The position numbers were made by a program, and so were the translations under genes. A stretch of DNA of 64,000 bases. Origin: the human T2T-CHM13v2.0 reference genome, Homo sapiens. Where the stretch lies: NCBI RefSeq assembly GCF_009914755.1, contig NC_060932.1. One strand, 5' to 3'. Below, piece after piece: positions 1 through 13,826 of the stretch (position 1 is its first letter; the number at the start of each line of letters is the position of its first letter). The notes beneath the pieces were generated by a model. It had not been told where the DNA came from. It saw nothing but the letters and a program-made list of their open reading frames with translations, and did no database searches.

Positions 1-365
1 ACATTCAACAACATAGATGAATCTCAAAGTAAATTTCACTTCATGCTAAGGGAAAGAAGCCAGATGAAAAGGGTACATACTCTGTGGTTCCCTCTGTATA
101 TGTAAGTGTTTGAGACATATATACTAATATAAAGAGATCAGAGCAGTGATTGCCTGGGGATGGAGAATGGTGGGACAGAGTGGGAGGAAGGATTAAAGGG
201 GCATGAATAAACTTTTGGTGGTGATAGATTGTCTTGGTTGTGATGGTGGTGATAGATTGTCTTGGTTGTGATGTTTCTTAGGTTATACATATGTCAAAAC
301 ATCACATATTTCAAGATGTGTAGTTTATTATATATCAATCATAACCTCAATAAGGCTGTTTATAA
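1..365 (+). mobile_element. Old L1M (L1MD/ME-like) 3' end fragment
   Basis: Typical L1M 3'UTR motifs: gatgaatctcaaa...atgctaagggaaagaagccaga...aaacttttgg...tcaatcataacctcaataaggctg. Confidence 0.7.
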
Positions 366-555
366 ATATATCATAAAATAAGGCATTCAGAATTCTGGGG
401 CTATTTACATCATTATAGTGTTTATCAAACATACTTACATGCAAATGGCATGACATTTTACTGTGTACTGTGCTGGGTCAATAAAAGGGCCTTGCTTGGT
501 GATTCGCACTTCTGTGTAACAGGAAACAGTGAAAAGTGTTAGGAATCTAGAAAAA

Positions 556-700
556 GCCAGGCGAGGTGGCTCATGCCTGTAATCCCAGCACTGTGGGAGG
601 CCGAGATGGGAGGATCTCTTGAGCTCAGGAGTTTGAGATCAGCCTGGGCAACATGGTGAAACCCCATCTTTACAAAAAATTAGCCAGACATGGTAGCAGA
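556..700 (+). mobile_element. Alu left monomer (FLAM-C or truncated AluJ)
   Basis: gccaggcgaggtggctcatgcctgtaatcccagcac...agcctgggcaacatggtgaaacccc; stops just after the A-rich linker. Confidence 0.9.
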
Positions 701-1277
701 CTGTCTGTCTGTCTAATATTCTCCCCATCTTTCACTGAGGAAAAATCTTTCATGTATATATTCATGGTTAACAATTGAACAATTGAGCATCGAATTTTCA
801 ATCATGTTGCATCTGTGTTTGAGTAGAGAAAAACAAATAGAAAATATGATGATAATTCAGTAGCTACTCCTTGCCTATTGAATCAAGATCAAATTCCTGA
901 GCCAGTGGCTTTTGATGTTTTGTGTGTTTGACCCTAAGCTTCTTGTTTAGTTTTGGCTTGCCCTTCCCCAAGAATGTTTTCTTCTTCTCCTACTTCACTG
1001 CCTTGGTGAATCCTTTTCTCTGCCTGTGATTCTTAGGGATCCCACCTCATCTTTTGGCTCTATTTGGTAAATGCCCATCCTTTCGATTCTTACTCAGATG
1101 CTTTCTCTGGTGTTTCCCCTGTGTTCTGTGTTTTAGTAGACACTAAGCACATAGTGTGTACCCTACACTTTGCACTATATGTATTTACATATGTGTCTTG
1201 AATGACTTTTATTAGTGGCACCGTAGCCAGGTACCTTGTACATGGTGGCCTATGTGTTGATTGTGCCTTAAACACAG

Positions 1278-1874
1278 TGGGTGGAAGACAGTATGGCGAT
1301 TCCTCAAAGATCTAGAAGCAGAACTACCATTTGACCCAGCAATCCCATTACTGGATATATACCCAAAGGAATATACGTCATTCTGTTAGGAAGATACATG
1401 CACGTGTATGTTCATTGCAGCACTATTCACAATAGCAAAATCATGGAATCAACCCAAATGTCCATCAATGATAGACTAAATAAAGAAAATGTGGTACATA
1501 TACACCATGGAATACTATGCAGCCACAAAAAGGAACAAGGTCATGTCCTTTGCAGGGACATGGGTGGAACTATAAGTCATCCTCAGCAAACTAACACAGG
1601 AACAGAAAACCAGACACCACATGTTCTCACAAGTGGGAGCTGAAGGATGAGGGCACAGGGACACATGATGGGGAATAACACACATTGGGCTTGTCGGGGG
1701 CTTGAGGGGAGGAAGAGCATCAGGAAGAATAGCTAATGGTTGCTGGGCTTAATACCCAGGTGATAGGTTGATCTGTGCAGCAAACCACCATGGTATGTGT
1801 TTACCTTTGTAACCTGTACATCCTGCACATGTACCCCAGTACTTAAAATTTAAAAAACAACAACAACAACAAAA
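1278..1874 (+). mobile_element. L1PA (older primate L1) 3' end, ORF2 end plus 3'UTR and A-rich tail
   Basis: gtggaagacagtatggcgattcctcaaagatctagaa...ccatttgacccagcaatcccattactgg...gcagcaaaccaccatgg...; (CAA)n tail. ORF 1398..1643 is L1-derived. Confidence 0.9.
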
Positions 1875-2539
1875 ATGCAATGGGAACAATAGTCAGTGAG
1901 GTTGGCCCTGCTGTTTTGGAACCGAACAGATGAAGAGTTAATGCATTTTGGTTACTATTTAGGTGCATTGGGCTTAACTTTACTTTTACATTTATTAAAG
2001 TTATTGTAATTAATGCCTATGAGGAAAGCAGCAACAAAACAAGCAGGAGGAAACAAATTGTTTTTATATTATTTTTGAAGCACATTATATAGGCGATATA
2101 TTTAGGGCAGAGGAGTGGCAGATTTACTGTGCTCATGTCATTTTTTTCTTAAGCTAATATTTAAATTATATGGAACCTCCCCCCATCCTTCACATTTTTA
2201 GAAGTGTGCAATGGCTAGTTGGGAAAAGTTAGCTTGTAAATTTAAATCAACTAGATGTAATTCACTCTGAATAATTCACATAGAAATATTCAAGTGTTGG
2301 CTTAGGGGATGTACCTTAAGATTACACAGAAGGCTGCATCTCCCCTAAAATTTAAAAAGGAAAAAAAAGTGTTGGCTTAGTGGCATCTTAACAGTGAAGT
2401 ATTCGTTGTATCATGGAAAGAGCATGAATTTAGTATGAGTTGTGGAATATTTGGAATAATATGTTTCTGAGATATCAGGTGAGAGTTAACTCTCTGGAGT
2501 GTCCACACCCTTGATCACTTCCTAAATTTATTTTTCCAG

Positions 2540-2617
2540 GTCCGGACCCTATTTGTCAGTGGCCTTCCTCTGGATATCAAACCTCGGGAGCTCTATCTGC
2601 TTTTCAGACCATTTAAG
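2540..2617 (+). CDS. RBPMS: RBPMS coding exon (exon 2 in usual numbering), 78 nt, phase 0-0: [30 protein letters not shown]-terminal part with RNP2
   Basis: Acceptor tttattttttccAG ends at 2539. Donor AAG|GTACCT starts at 2618 (non-consensus +4/+5). Translation matches the RBPMS RRM as I recall it, including the K36/R38 dimerisation residues in 'KPRE'. Confidence 0.97.
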
Positions 2618-3899
2618 GTACCTTTTTTTATCTTTCAGAAATTATAAAATGAGACAAAAGTCTGTATGCTTTCTGGGAGCTTTTTGAAGCAAGAAATGAA
2701 ATATTTGAGAAGAAAACAGATGTTTTTAAAAGGTTAATGAGTAAAGGAGATTTAACAACTGAGTTCTAATGTACAGTCTCACTTAGGATAATTACATATT
2801 TATATTTCAAATGCAGTAATGTAAGTGAAGATTTATTTCTAGTTTCATACCTTATTATTTGAAATAGTACTGTTGATACTGTTCTTTGGAAATGTAAATA
2901 GGTTTTTATGAACTGAGTTAAGAACCTAACCACCGTTATTTTTTCCATGGCAAAACTTTCAAACAAAATAAAACAAAATTTTAAAGGATACCTAGGTGTA
3001 AGTTGATGGTAATATTTCCTGGTGTTTATTGAAATATTTAATGCAGTTACCTGTCCTTCCTATGGAAATAAGATCACTTGATAGATACTTAATGTTGCTA
3101 GGATTGAAAACTTCATAGGAAATTAAACACCAAGCACTTCGTAGAAACTAAGCCAAAATAGCCATGCTGCCAAGAAGAAACCTTTTGAAGGTTGGCCTTT
3201 GGAGGATAGGAGAAAGCTGGAGCTGATCGAATCGGGGCCCTGGAAGGGATATGTTCCTTCTCTGGAAGGGCCTGTGCTCAGGAAGTCTTAAGTTGGTCAG
3301 TGTGGATGTGTTAGCAGCAGTGCCTGGCAGAGACCACACTTATGATTAGGTGATGGGCTGTCTTGATTTCTGGTTAAAGATCATTCTCACTGAAGCAGGT
3401 CCCCAGTGATAGAGGCATGACAGGTTGAGGGATAGGATTCAGCTTCTTAGGAAGACGGAATTGGATATGACAACTAAAAACTCTAGTGTTGGGGAGGAGG
3501 AAGGAGGGATGCAGGGGCAGCCAGTTAGAACCAACAAAGATAAAACAGTCTAGCTTATGTGCCAAGAGGGCACCATGTCATAAGGGACATAAGTCCACCT
3601 GACAGCCATCGCTTTAATGCAACAATAATGATGATGGCACAGGGAAACAGAGGTCAGGTGCCAGGTCAGGTGGGAGGAAGTGGGAAAGGAAGAGAAGGTG
3701 GTATGGAGAGAGTGCCACCTTTTATAGAATTTCCTGAGTTTCTTCTGCCGGGTTGTACTTTTATAAAAAGGACCATTTTTCTATCCTTTTTATAGAATGC
3801 AAACTTTTAACGCAAATTGATCTTCTTAGTGTATAAAATACTGTTATGTTTTGGGGTGTATAGAGAGAAAGACATTCACCAGCAAGCCCTTTATATGAA

Positions 3900-4055
3900 T
3901 TATTAAAGTATTGTCACAATCCTTTCAAGTGGGTGAGTCTCATTTTTTCAAATGAGGAAAATGAAACTTGGAGCAGCTGAATAAATTGTGCTCAAGTTTA
4001 CACACATAAAAATTGGCAGAGCCAAGATTCAAACCAAGCAGTCTGACTCTGCCCT
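3900..4055 (-). mobile_element. MIR fragment
   Basis: cattttttcaaatgaggaaa...ggcagagccaagattcaaaccaagcagtctgactc is the reverse complement of the MIR core. Confidence 0.7.
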
Positions 4056-4831
4056 CTCTGTTCTGAACTATTATGTTATACTGCTTTTCTGTTTGTGACT
4101 TGAGAACACAGTATATCCCTACCAGTGGTGTTTTACTTGAGTGAAATATCCAGTTGTCCTTTGCCTTCAAGACCTTCATGGTGTTTAAACCTCTAGTTTT
4201 TTCAGAAGAGAGCACCTTGAAGAAAGGAAGAGGCAGAGCTGTGAATCATGACCTCTCTGGCCATAAGAGCTCAAGGCCTTTGAGGTGAAATGTTTATAGT
4301 AGCTAATTGGTAACATAGTTCTCTGCTGGGAAGATGTAAGGATGAATCAATCTCAACATCCTGCCCAGAAACCCCGACTAGAAAGTCAGCACCCTAGTAC
4401 ATTCCTGACAACCCTCTTTTAATTAAAGTCCCTGGAGGCTGACCCTAGTCTGCAAATCTGTCTCTGCGCTGATGTGTGTAGTGGTCAATCACGTCAAGTG
4501 GTGTGTTTTTCCCCTGTGTCATCCGTTAATGCAAGCCACCAGCTATTGATTATTTTCAGAAATAAACACATTTTGTTATCCTTATCTTGAGGAGCCGGGA
4601 GGGGTGAAGAGAGGGAGTGAAAGAGGGAGGGAGTGTTTCTGTCTTCCTTGAGCATGAGCTGGAATAAAAACCTGAAGGGATTATTTTTGCATGTCCCCAT
4701 CAGAAGAGCAACATGAAAACTGGTTCCTTCAGTAAGTTAGCAAAGTAACTCAACAAAATTCAACATCATTGCCTGCTTAACCATTTCTGGCAGTTTTGAA
4801 AATGTGGTCAGGGAGTTTTACCAACTATATT

Positions 4832-5112
<281 letters not shown>

Positions 5113-5560
5113 CCAACTATATTCTTAATGTTTTATTGTTGTTATTTTATAGCAGCTACATGACCAATACATGGCTCTGACCTTCCTGTTGTATTAAATT
5201 TACCCTCTTTCCTTGCCTATTTCTGTAAAACTCCTATTCTTATCTAGACCAAGAAAACAAAAAGATTGCTATTAACAGAGACACTCATTTTTCTACCATT
5301 GTGTAATTTCATGAAAAAAAAATAGAAGGAAGAGAAACACAGATAAATCCATAGATTGATTTTTTTTAAAGGCCCCAAGAATGCAAACAGGTGTGTGTGT
5401 GTGTGCACATGCACATGCATGTGTGTAATTTGCTTTCCCAGATAACTTAGGAGACATTTGTAGGAGGAGTTAGGTAATCAATAAAGAACTTATTTTTACA
5501 TGAACAAGATGGTATTACTACAGTTACTTTTGGCTAAACTTGGTTTTTCTTTATTTTCAG

Positions 5561-5599
5561 GGCTATGAGGGTTCTCTTATAAAGCTCACATCTAAACAG
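5561..5599 (+). CDS. RBPMS: RBPMS coding micro-exon (exon 3), 39 nt, phase 0-0: GYEGSLIKLTSKQ
   Basis: Acceptor ttttctttattttcAG ends at 5560. Donor CAG|GTAAGA at 5600. In frame with the flanking exons; visible inside ORF 5540..5737. Confidence 0.97.
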
Positions 5600-6202
5600 G
5601 TAAGAATTTCAAAGTGGCATATAAAGATCACTTTTTTACTTTCCTCAGGAATATTGCTGGGGCTTGACATTCTTTTTTTATTCCCATTAGAATTTGAGGG
5701 GTTTTTTGTCTTTAAAATTAAAAGTGAGATGTATTAGGAATTAGCACAGGAAAATACTTCATAATTCTATAATCTTCAGCTGGAATTTCAGGGACTGTCC
5801 CAGAGGAAGATAAACACAGTGATACATTGAGATTGATTTTGTATGTTCAATGAAAATAGTGGTTTATTATTTAAATTCACTTTTATTCCCAAGTCTTTCC
5901 CATTTCTTTTAATGAGGTTAAACAAACTTTTACAATCAATGTGAATATCAGATCGTGAAGGATCATGCTGTCTGTCAAACCCCTAAATTAAGGCAGAGTC
6001 CCGAGTCCAGAATGGAACAGAGAACGTACAAAATGGAAGTGGTAGTCAGTGATTCTAATAGTTCCTACAAGCTTAGAGATTGTAGCTATATACTTTTTTT
6101 TTTAAGCTAAACACTTGGCATACACACCTCTCGAATCACTATTCATCTCTCTGGCTCATGAGAAGAATGATCTTGGAGGCACCCTTCTGTACTGAAAGAT
6201 AG

Positions 6203-6559
<357 letters not shown>

Positions 6560-7076
6560 AGCACAGGATTTTTTAAGGCATCCCTTAGGATTTGAGATAG
6601 GAATGTTCACTTTGTAATTTTGGTCATGCAGTGAGAGTCCAGGGGTTTTATCATTGTGTCATTGTATTCTTGCACTTACAGTGTACCAAAAGGTGATTCG
6701 GTTCTCTTTCCATTTTAAAAGATGAAGAAACTGAGGTACAGTGAATTTGATTTAGGAAAGTAGAGCCTCTCCAACCCAAGTTTTCCTCTATTCCCTTGTT
6801 CACTGCTGTTCACCTTTCAACCACTTCTAGATTTTTTTATGATTCTCTAAATCCCCAGCTGTGCTCTTGAAGAACTACCCTCACCATCCCTTTGATTCAT
6901 ATTAGAAATTTGGCTAAGCCACTGAGTCATGATTCTTCGGGACTTCGCTTTCTTATTTCTGCCCATTGCCTGTGGTCATTTCTTTATCTTAGCTCTTCAG
7001 TTTGATGTCACCCTTGACCTAGAAAAGTAGACATCATCTGATTTTTTTTCTTCATATTTCTCTTTTTTTTTCTCAG

Positions 7077-7139
7077 CCTGTAGGTTTTGTCAGTTTTGAC
7101 AGTCGCTCAGAAGCAGAGGCTGCAAAGAATGCTTTGAAT
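7077..7139 (+). CDS. RBPMS: RBPMS coding exon (exon 4), 63 nt, phase 0-0: [21 protein letters not shown], contains RNP1
   Basis: Long polypyrimidine tract ending tctcAG at 7076. Donor AAT|GTAAGT at 7140. The F of VGF is F65 of the RBPMS RNA-binding surface. Confidence 0.97.
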
Positions 7140-8884
7140 GTAAGTACTAATGATGTAATTGTAGGGGGTTTCCATATGAGGTGGTGGGAAGTAATGGAAT
7201 CTCTTTGGACGGGAAATCAAGTGGAAAGAATATGACTGCACAGTCTAAGAGGGAGGGATTCATCAATTTAATTAGCACTCTAAAGAGCTTTTTCCAAGAA
7301 TTGTGATCAGATATGCAGATTATTAAATAGCACTCTGCTTTTTGATTGCTCTGAATGAAATGCTCAAAATATCTGACATCTGATGATGTGGGTCTTATTT
7401 TAATCTAGCCCCATCCCATCCAATGGTGGTGCGTAGTGCTGCTTTGTTTTTTCCAGAGGAGATATTTGAGGCGTTAGCTTGCTCATCATTATACTCTAAA
7501 TGACTATGCTCAGAATAGATTGAAATCCTGGCTTTTTTTATTTCATGAGGCTTTCCTTTTAGATATGCAGCATTAAAAAAAAAAAACTGGTTATAGCCTT
7601 TATTCTGGTTGATTAAAAATTTACATATAAGGCTTTCCCAAAAGACGTGTGTTGTAATAGAATAAATTACAGTCATTTGTAATTGAGTAGATATATCTGT
7701 ATTTGGTTTGTAGTTATGTTGTTTGCCATGTGTTTTGAGACTTTTACCAGTATTGTTTTGGTGAATATTTTTCCTCCTTAGTATGTTGAAAAACTAAACA
7801 ATTTAAGGGAACTAAGTTAGAGAAGGTGGAAGGAAGCAGAATGTGGTTTCAGATGCTGAGGATGAATCCTCAGGTGAGGAGTCTCAGCGAAGGCTGGCTC
7901 CATCATGCTCTAGGCAGTTGGCCTAAGTGGCTGTGAACAAGTGCTGACTGAAGCACTCAGAGTGTTTAGGGTGCTTCCTACAAGGCAAGCGGCCACTTGA
8001 CTGGTTGTAATACAGGTACCATTTTGGAGGCGTCTGGGAACTTGCGTCTGGCCTTTGTGTTGCTGTGGTACCTGCAGGTACCCCTGGCAGCTGCTCCTTT
8101 GAGTAGACCATGCAGAGTGCTGTTGGAGAGACCTGATATAGGTGATGACTTAGAGGTCTAAGGAAAAGTCTTTATACTTCATATAATGGTGTCATTGATA
8201 CACAACCTTAAAAGGTTTTTAGACTTTGGAACAAAAATGTGTACACTCTGAGAAGAAACACCTTAATTCTTGTTGGTTTTTCATATAAAGCATATAGGAA
8301 CATCTTAGGATTCCAGGAATTCCAGAGTCCAGACTTTTTCTGGATTTGGATAAATGACCTTCTTGTCAGAATAACTGCCTACTCACTCTGTTCCTCTCCT
8401 GTATAACAAAGTATAAACCAATTATTTATTGAGCACCAGTGGTATACACCGAAGCACGGTGTATAATTGAATGTTTTGATATAAAAGTTGTTTTATGATT
8501 TTTGCATTGAATACGTAAAAACCAGAATTTTCTCAGTATAATGACACTTTAAACTTAAAAGTAGAACCACAATTTCAATTTAGCAGTGTTTTATTTTAAC
8601 CAGGTGGGAACCTTCTAAATGCAGAAATATTCTGGGTCCTTTAAAGTTATGTTAGATGAAGTTTTCACCATGTTCTTTTCATTGTTCTTACAAAGGAAGT
8701 AACAAGCAGTTGAAGCTTCACAGACTTGGCTCTCATTGCTTTACTATACTTCTCCTATATGTATAAAGATGTCACTGACTCATTTTCTGAACAATAGGCT
8801 TTTATAGTGACCTGTCATCTGACAAGGCAACATTCCCTTAGGTGTGGTAGGTTGCATTTTTGTTTTTTAAAGATAACTGAAGGG

Positions 8885-9027
8885 TTTTGTTTGTTTGTTA
8901 AAGAATAAAGACATGGTGTTGCTGTATTGCCCAGGCTGGTTGGTCTCCAGCTCCTGGACTCAAGTGATTCTCCCTCCTTGGCCTTCCAGAGTGTTGAGAT
9001 TACAAGCGTGAGCCACCACACCCAGCC
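8885..9027 (-). mobile_element. FLAM / Alu left monomer
   Basis: ttgcccaggctgg...ctcctggactcaagtgat...gattacaagcgtgagccaccacacccagcc with a (TTTG)n tail. Confidence 0.88.
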
Positions 9028-11269
9028 TGAAGTTTTTTGCTTGTTTGTTTTTGTTTTTGTTTTAATGTTTAAATGATAATAGTCAAAAAAAACTGTGTTT
9101 CCTCATCATACTGAGTACAGCGAACATAATTTCAATTTTTCTTGGTGCCCAAAGGTTATCATTACAAATAGCAGGTAATGAACCTAGTGTAATATAATGA
9201 TAGAGGTGTTTAACCCTGTTTGCCCCTGTGCCAGCTGGCCGCAGATCACTGTTGTCTGGTCTTGAGGTCTGGTTTTAGGTTATTCTTCTTGCACTAGGCT
9301 CTCCATTCTTTTTTTTTTTCACTGGCAGTACGCCTTTCTTTAGCACTGTCCTCTCCTTTAATCATTAATAGTTTGCTACTTATGTGTTAATAACTTGGGA
9401 AGGACCCCAAATAAAACAGGTCTAATTCTGTCCTGTTTTGTGGGCCTGAGGGAAAATTCGTATTTACCTATGGAATAATGAGCCTGGGCTTTCTGCTGCC
9501 CAAAGCTGACTTACATAAGAGTGTAGGACATTTACTGAGCTCCTGGCTGATCTCTTTCTTGACGTTTTGAACTTTTCTATGTAAAGTAGTAGAGGTATTA
9601 GAAATCTTTCCGATGTTGTAGTTAGGGAAACAGACGTGGAGAGGATGGGTGATTAAGTCAGCATGTGTAAGTTTAGAGCTCCAACTAGGAGGCAACTAAA
9701 AGTAAACTTCTTGCATCTAAGCCTTGTCCATTTTATACAACATCCTTTTGCTTGCTTTGTACATGGGATGTTGCTGCATTTTTCCTTGTGGCAGTTACAG
9801 AGTATTTAATTCACAATGTCCAGGACAAATTGCCACCATAAAGTTTGGTATGTGACCATGGAGCAGACCCATTCAAGGTAATGTATTTAGTCATGAAGCT
9901 AATAGGTATATTCTTTGTGATCCAACATATTAGGCTCTTTTTAGGGTCATCTTTTCTAATTGATGAGTTAAAAACATATGATGCTTGTAGCCATTACAGA
10001 ATTTTCTCCTCCCATGTCATCTGTCCAGGGTTCTCTTAACATTTTCTTACTTACCTTTGGAGAGAGAATTCAATATTGTAATGTTTTGTTTTATTCCACT
10101 ATTGAGAAACATATGCCTGAATCCAGTAAATTTCTCTGTGTATAATAGTTCAGTGTTATGAACGACTTCTCCATGTTTAATTTCTCTTTTTGTTGTTTCT
10201 GTCTTGATTGCTATCTGGTTCAGTTGTTAGTATTAGTGATTAGTCTTTTCTCAAAATGACTAATTTTTAAAATCTATTTTCTCATTTTTGGACTGGGCTT
10301 CAGCCATTTTGATAATTGTGTGGAAAAACATGCTCAGATTGAATTAAGTTGTAACAGTGAACTTTTATCAGGGAATTAAACCTTCTAAAGTTAAATACAG
10401 TACGTTTTGTTTCTATAGCAAAAAGTCCCACGTTAGGCAAAGAATAACCCAAACCCAGACTTCTTTTCAGGTTATCTTTGGTCTCATTAATCCACATCAT
10501 TAAAAACCCCTCCTTTCTTTAACCTGACAGCAAAATATCTGACCTATTCTTTGTCTTTAACTCACTTTGTAATTTCTGTACCTGTTTTGAATTTCCAAGC
10601 TAAAGGAAGGGGGCACTGAAAATCTTAAGTATCAAATTATTTTTAGGACTTGTTTATAATTTTGGAAAGTAAATCAAATTCACTAATATAGGCAGTTAGC
10701 TAGATTTAGGAAAAATTCTGATTTGTGGAAATTTTTAAACGGGACACAGGAAGCAGCGCATGTTGAAGGGTAAAGATCCCCAGCAGATGTGGGAGTAAAC
10801 CATCTAGCTATTTCCAGCAACTGTGAGGACCTCAAATTGTCATTATTGTCTAGTAGGAATCTTGTTTTTATAAATAAGAATGATTTGTAGTTAACCTTCA
10901 ATTCAGGCTTGTGCATGATCTCTGCTAACCTAGAGATCTCTGTAATGACCTGTTATGGCATTGTTTTGTCTTACTGGTGTTTGGAAATTGGTCATTACTT
11001 TAAAAAGTTTTGGACTCTTTAGTATATGTGCCATTCATTTGCTATCCTTCCTTCCCTGATTTTGGATAGTTGTTATTAGGCTAGGTTTTATCTTAGACTG
11101 TATTATGTTACACGAGAACTAGAGAAGTCTGTACATCACTACAAATTGCCTTCCCAACCAAAATTGCTTAGGCTAGTGTAGTAATTTGCTTTACTCTCAA
11201 ACTATACTCATTAATCTAAGTGATCTCTAATTATCAGTGAACCTCCAAGTTCAGTGTTGTTTTTCTTCC

Positions 11270-12020
11270 AGATAGCTCTTGAGATGTAATTTGCATATGA
11301 TTCACCCATTTAAAATTTTCAATTCAATGGCTTTTGGTATATTACATTATTTTTTTTAATTACGGTAAAATACATTTAAAATTTTGCTATTTTAATGACT
11401 TTTAAATGTACTCTTTCTTGGCATTAATTACATTCACCATGTTATGCAATCATTACCACTATTTCCAAACTTTTTCATCAACCCAAGCAGAAACTCTGTA
11501 GCCCTTAATGCAGTAAATACCTCCCCATTCTCCCTTTTCCCCAGCCCCTGGTAATCTCTAATCTGCTTGCTTTCTCCGTGAATTTGCCTATTCTAAATAA
11601 TGAAATATTTGTCTTTTTGCTTCTGGCTCTTCTTTCTTAGCATAACATTTTTGAGATTCATCCACGCTGTGGCATTTACCAGAATCAAATTCCTTTTTAT
11701 AGCTAAATAAAATTGTATTATATGGATATGTACATTTTGTTTATCCATTCATTTGTTGGTGGACACTTAGATTGTTTCCATGTTTTGGCTATTGCGAATA
11801 AGGCTGCAGTGAACACTGATGTGTAAGTATCTGAATCTGTTAATTCCTTTGGGTATACCTAGGAGTAGAATTTCTGGGTCATGTGGTGATCATATGTTAG
11901 CTTTTTGTTTACTTTGGTTTGTAATTTTTTCCATAGTGGTTGCACCATTTTGCATTAAAAACTTGTTCCTGTTTGTAAAATTATAACCATTCTAGTAGAT
12001 ACGAAGCAATCGTGGATTCT
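11270..12020 (-). mobile_element. L1MB-like 3' end
   Basis: agctctttgagatgtaatt...cagcccctggtaatctctaatctgc...gagattcatccacgctgtggc...ggacacttagattgtttcca...cctaggagtagaattt. Confidence 0.85.
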
Positions 12021-13313
12021 TGCTAAATGCTGTTTGACTGATTTTAATAGTAGATTTGATTTCTGTAGGAATTTCACATGACTTAAAATGTTTCTTTTAG
12101 CAGGGACAAGTAACATTTCTGTGACAGTTCTAAGTAATGGAACTGCGTTTGTTTTACCTGTCAATAAGTAACAGAAGGGGGAAAAACTCAACCCTCATAT
12201 TACTCTTTTAATAAGACAGAACTTGAAGGAAAGGTATTTTCTCAAGGTCTAAATAGATTTTAGAATAAAGAGTTGAAAAGCAGTTTTGTTTAAAAGAGGT
12301 AAAATGGCTGCCACTCAGACTTCCATTGCAAAGAAACCTTAACAATAAATGGAAAAACTGTATGTAAACTAAAAATATATAAGATATTAAATTATTTCTT
12401 GACTATTGAAAAATTTTGATTCAATAGTATTTGCAGTTAAGAGAGAATTTTAGAAAGCTTTAATTTGTAAGAAAATATGCTGAGAAAAGACTTAATAGTG
12501 TCAGATGTTGAAAAAACAGCTGATATGATCAGGAAAACTTAGCCCTATTTTCATTTCCATAAATTCCTGGCATTCAAATAAACACTACAGTTATTTATAA
12601 ATATCACAGTGATTACAGCCTTGTACATAATTTGTTATACTAAATAGTTTGAGCTTTCCAACTACCAAGGTTCTTTACAATTAGATATAATTAATTCATT
12701 AGTTCTATACCAAGTTTCTCATTTGTGAGATGGAGGTATTATTTACTTCGAAATGGTAAAGGGAAAACAAGCAAAAGCATTTGCAAATGCTCTGTAAGTA
12801 AACCTATATCATGAATGTATTTTCTTGGCCAGAAGTACTGGTACAGACCGTTAAGTATGGAGGGATACCAGGGCAGTCAAGACCTGCACTGGGTACATAG
12901 AAACATTTTGGCTTGGTTAGACAGTCTCTGTTTCCTGTACCACAGGTTTTCCTGACAGCCTGTGCAAGTTAGGACTTTTGATCTTAATATTTGTACAGCT
13001 TGTGAGTTAGGTGAATTATTTCCACCAAACAAAACATTTTACGAATATAAGCATCCAGATGGCCTATCTCAACTCCCATGGCCCCCACCAGACACTATAT
13101 CAATATGTTTCTTATCAGTTTTGAAATTTTCTCCTTAAGTTTCATTTAGCATATTGCTGAAAGTGGGTTAAAGAGGCCCAATTAGTGAGATCCCAGCTGG
13201 GACTTTTAGATGGGAAATATGCAGGATTGCCAGATGAGATCATGGGCCTGATCTAGTGTTTATCTGTTAAATCTGTTTATAACTGCTTAACTCTTGACTT
13301 GCAGACTTTTAAG

Positions 13314-13390
13314 GCAGCCATTTGACGTCACAGGGTTGGGAACGAGGCTTGTGCCAGTATAAAGCCGCTGTGATGTGGGGCCATTGGGCC
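13314..13390 (+). promoter_or_regulatory. Candidate intronic CRE + TATA module
   Basis: TGACGTCA at 13323-13330, TATAAAG at 13358-13364, reverse CCAAT at 13383-13387, in non-repeat sequence. Confidence 0.4.
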
Positions 13391-13826
13391 CTTCTGTTTT
13401 TCTCAACTATGTGCATGCACTTTGGAGCTTGACAAACAGCCGTGTCCAGTGAACTCCCCCCAAAGAAAATTGAAGTTGACTCACCGTGAAAGGCATACCA
13501 CCAAAAGTGACTCCTAACCCATGTACAATTCAGAAAGAAAGCACTAGTTAACAAGTGCCCAGTGTGTGATTATTTAGTTCTAGAATCTGTCCAGATTTTC
13601 TTTGTTCTGGCTCTGTTCTCTTCATGGTGGCCCTGCAGTTTTTAGATGTTATAAAACCTCCCTACGATTATAATAGCATGTAAGTTAAAAGTTGTTGTGA
13701 AAAAACAAATGAAGATGCATTTATAAGTAGTCTTCAGTCTTTGCCTGAAGAAGAGTAAGTTGGTTATTTGAATTTATGAAGCATTTACATAGGAAACTAG
13801 AAAATAAAACACTAATAAAAGCGCCT

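Noticed and set aside
2609-2618. Perfect CArG box CCATTTAAGG spanning the exon 2 donor (another, CCATTATAGG, at 43671-43680 inside an Alu)
   Set aside because: Explained by coding and splice constraints or by Alu decay. The number of CArG boxes in the window is about what chance predicts.
7077-7083. Second AG (CCTGTAG) 7 nt into exon 4 as an alternative acceptor
   Set aside because: It would shift the frame and destroy RNP1. The proximal CAG follows a strong polypyrimidine tract, and nothing supports use of the second AG.
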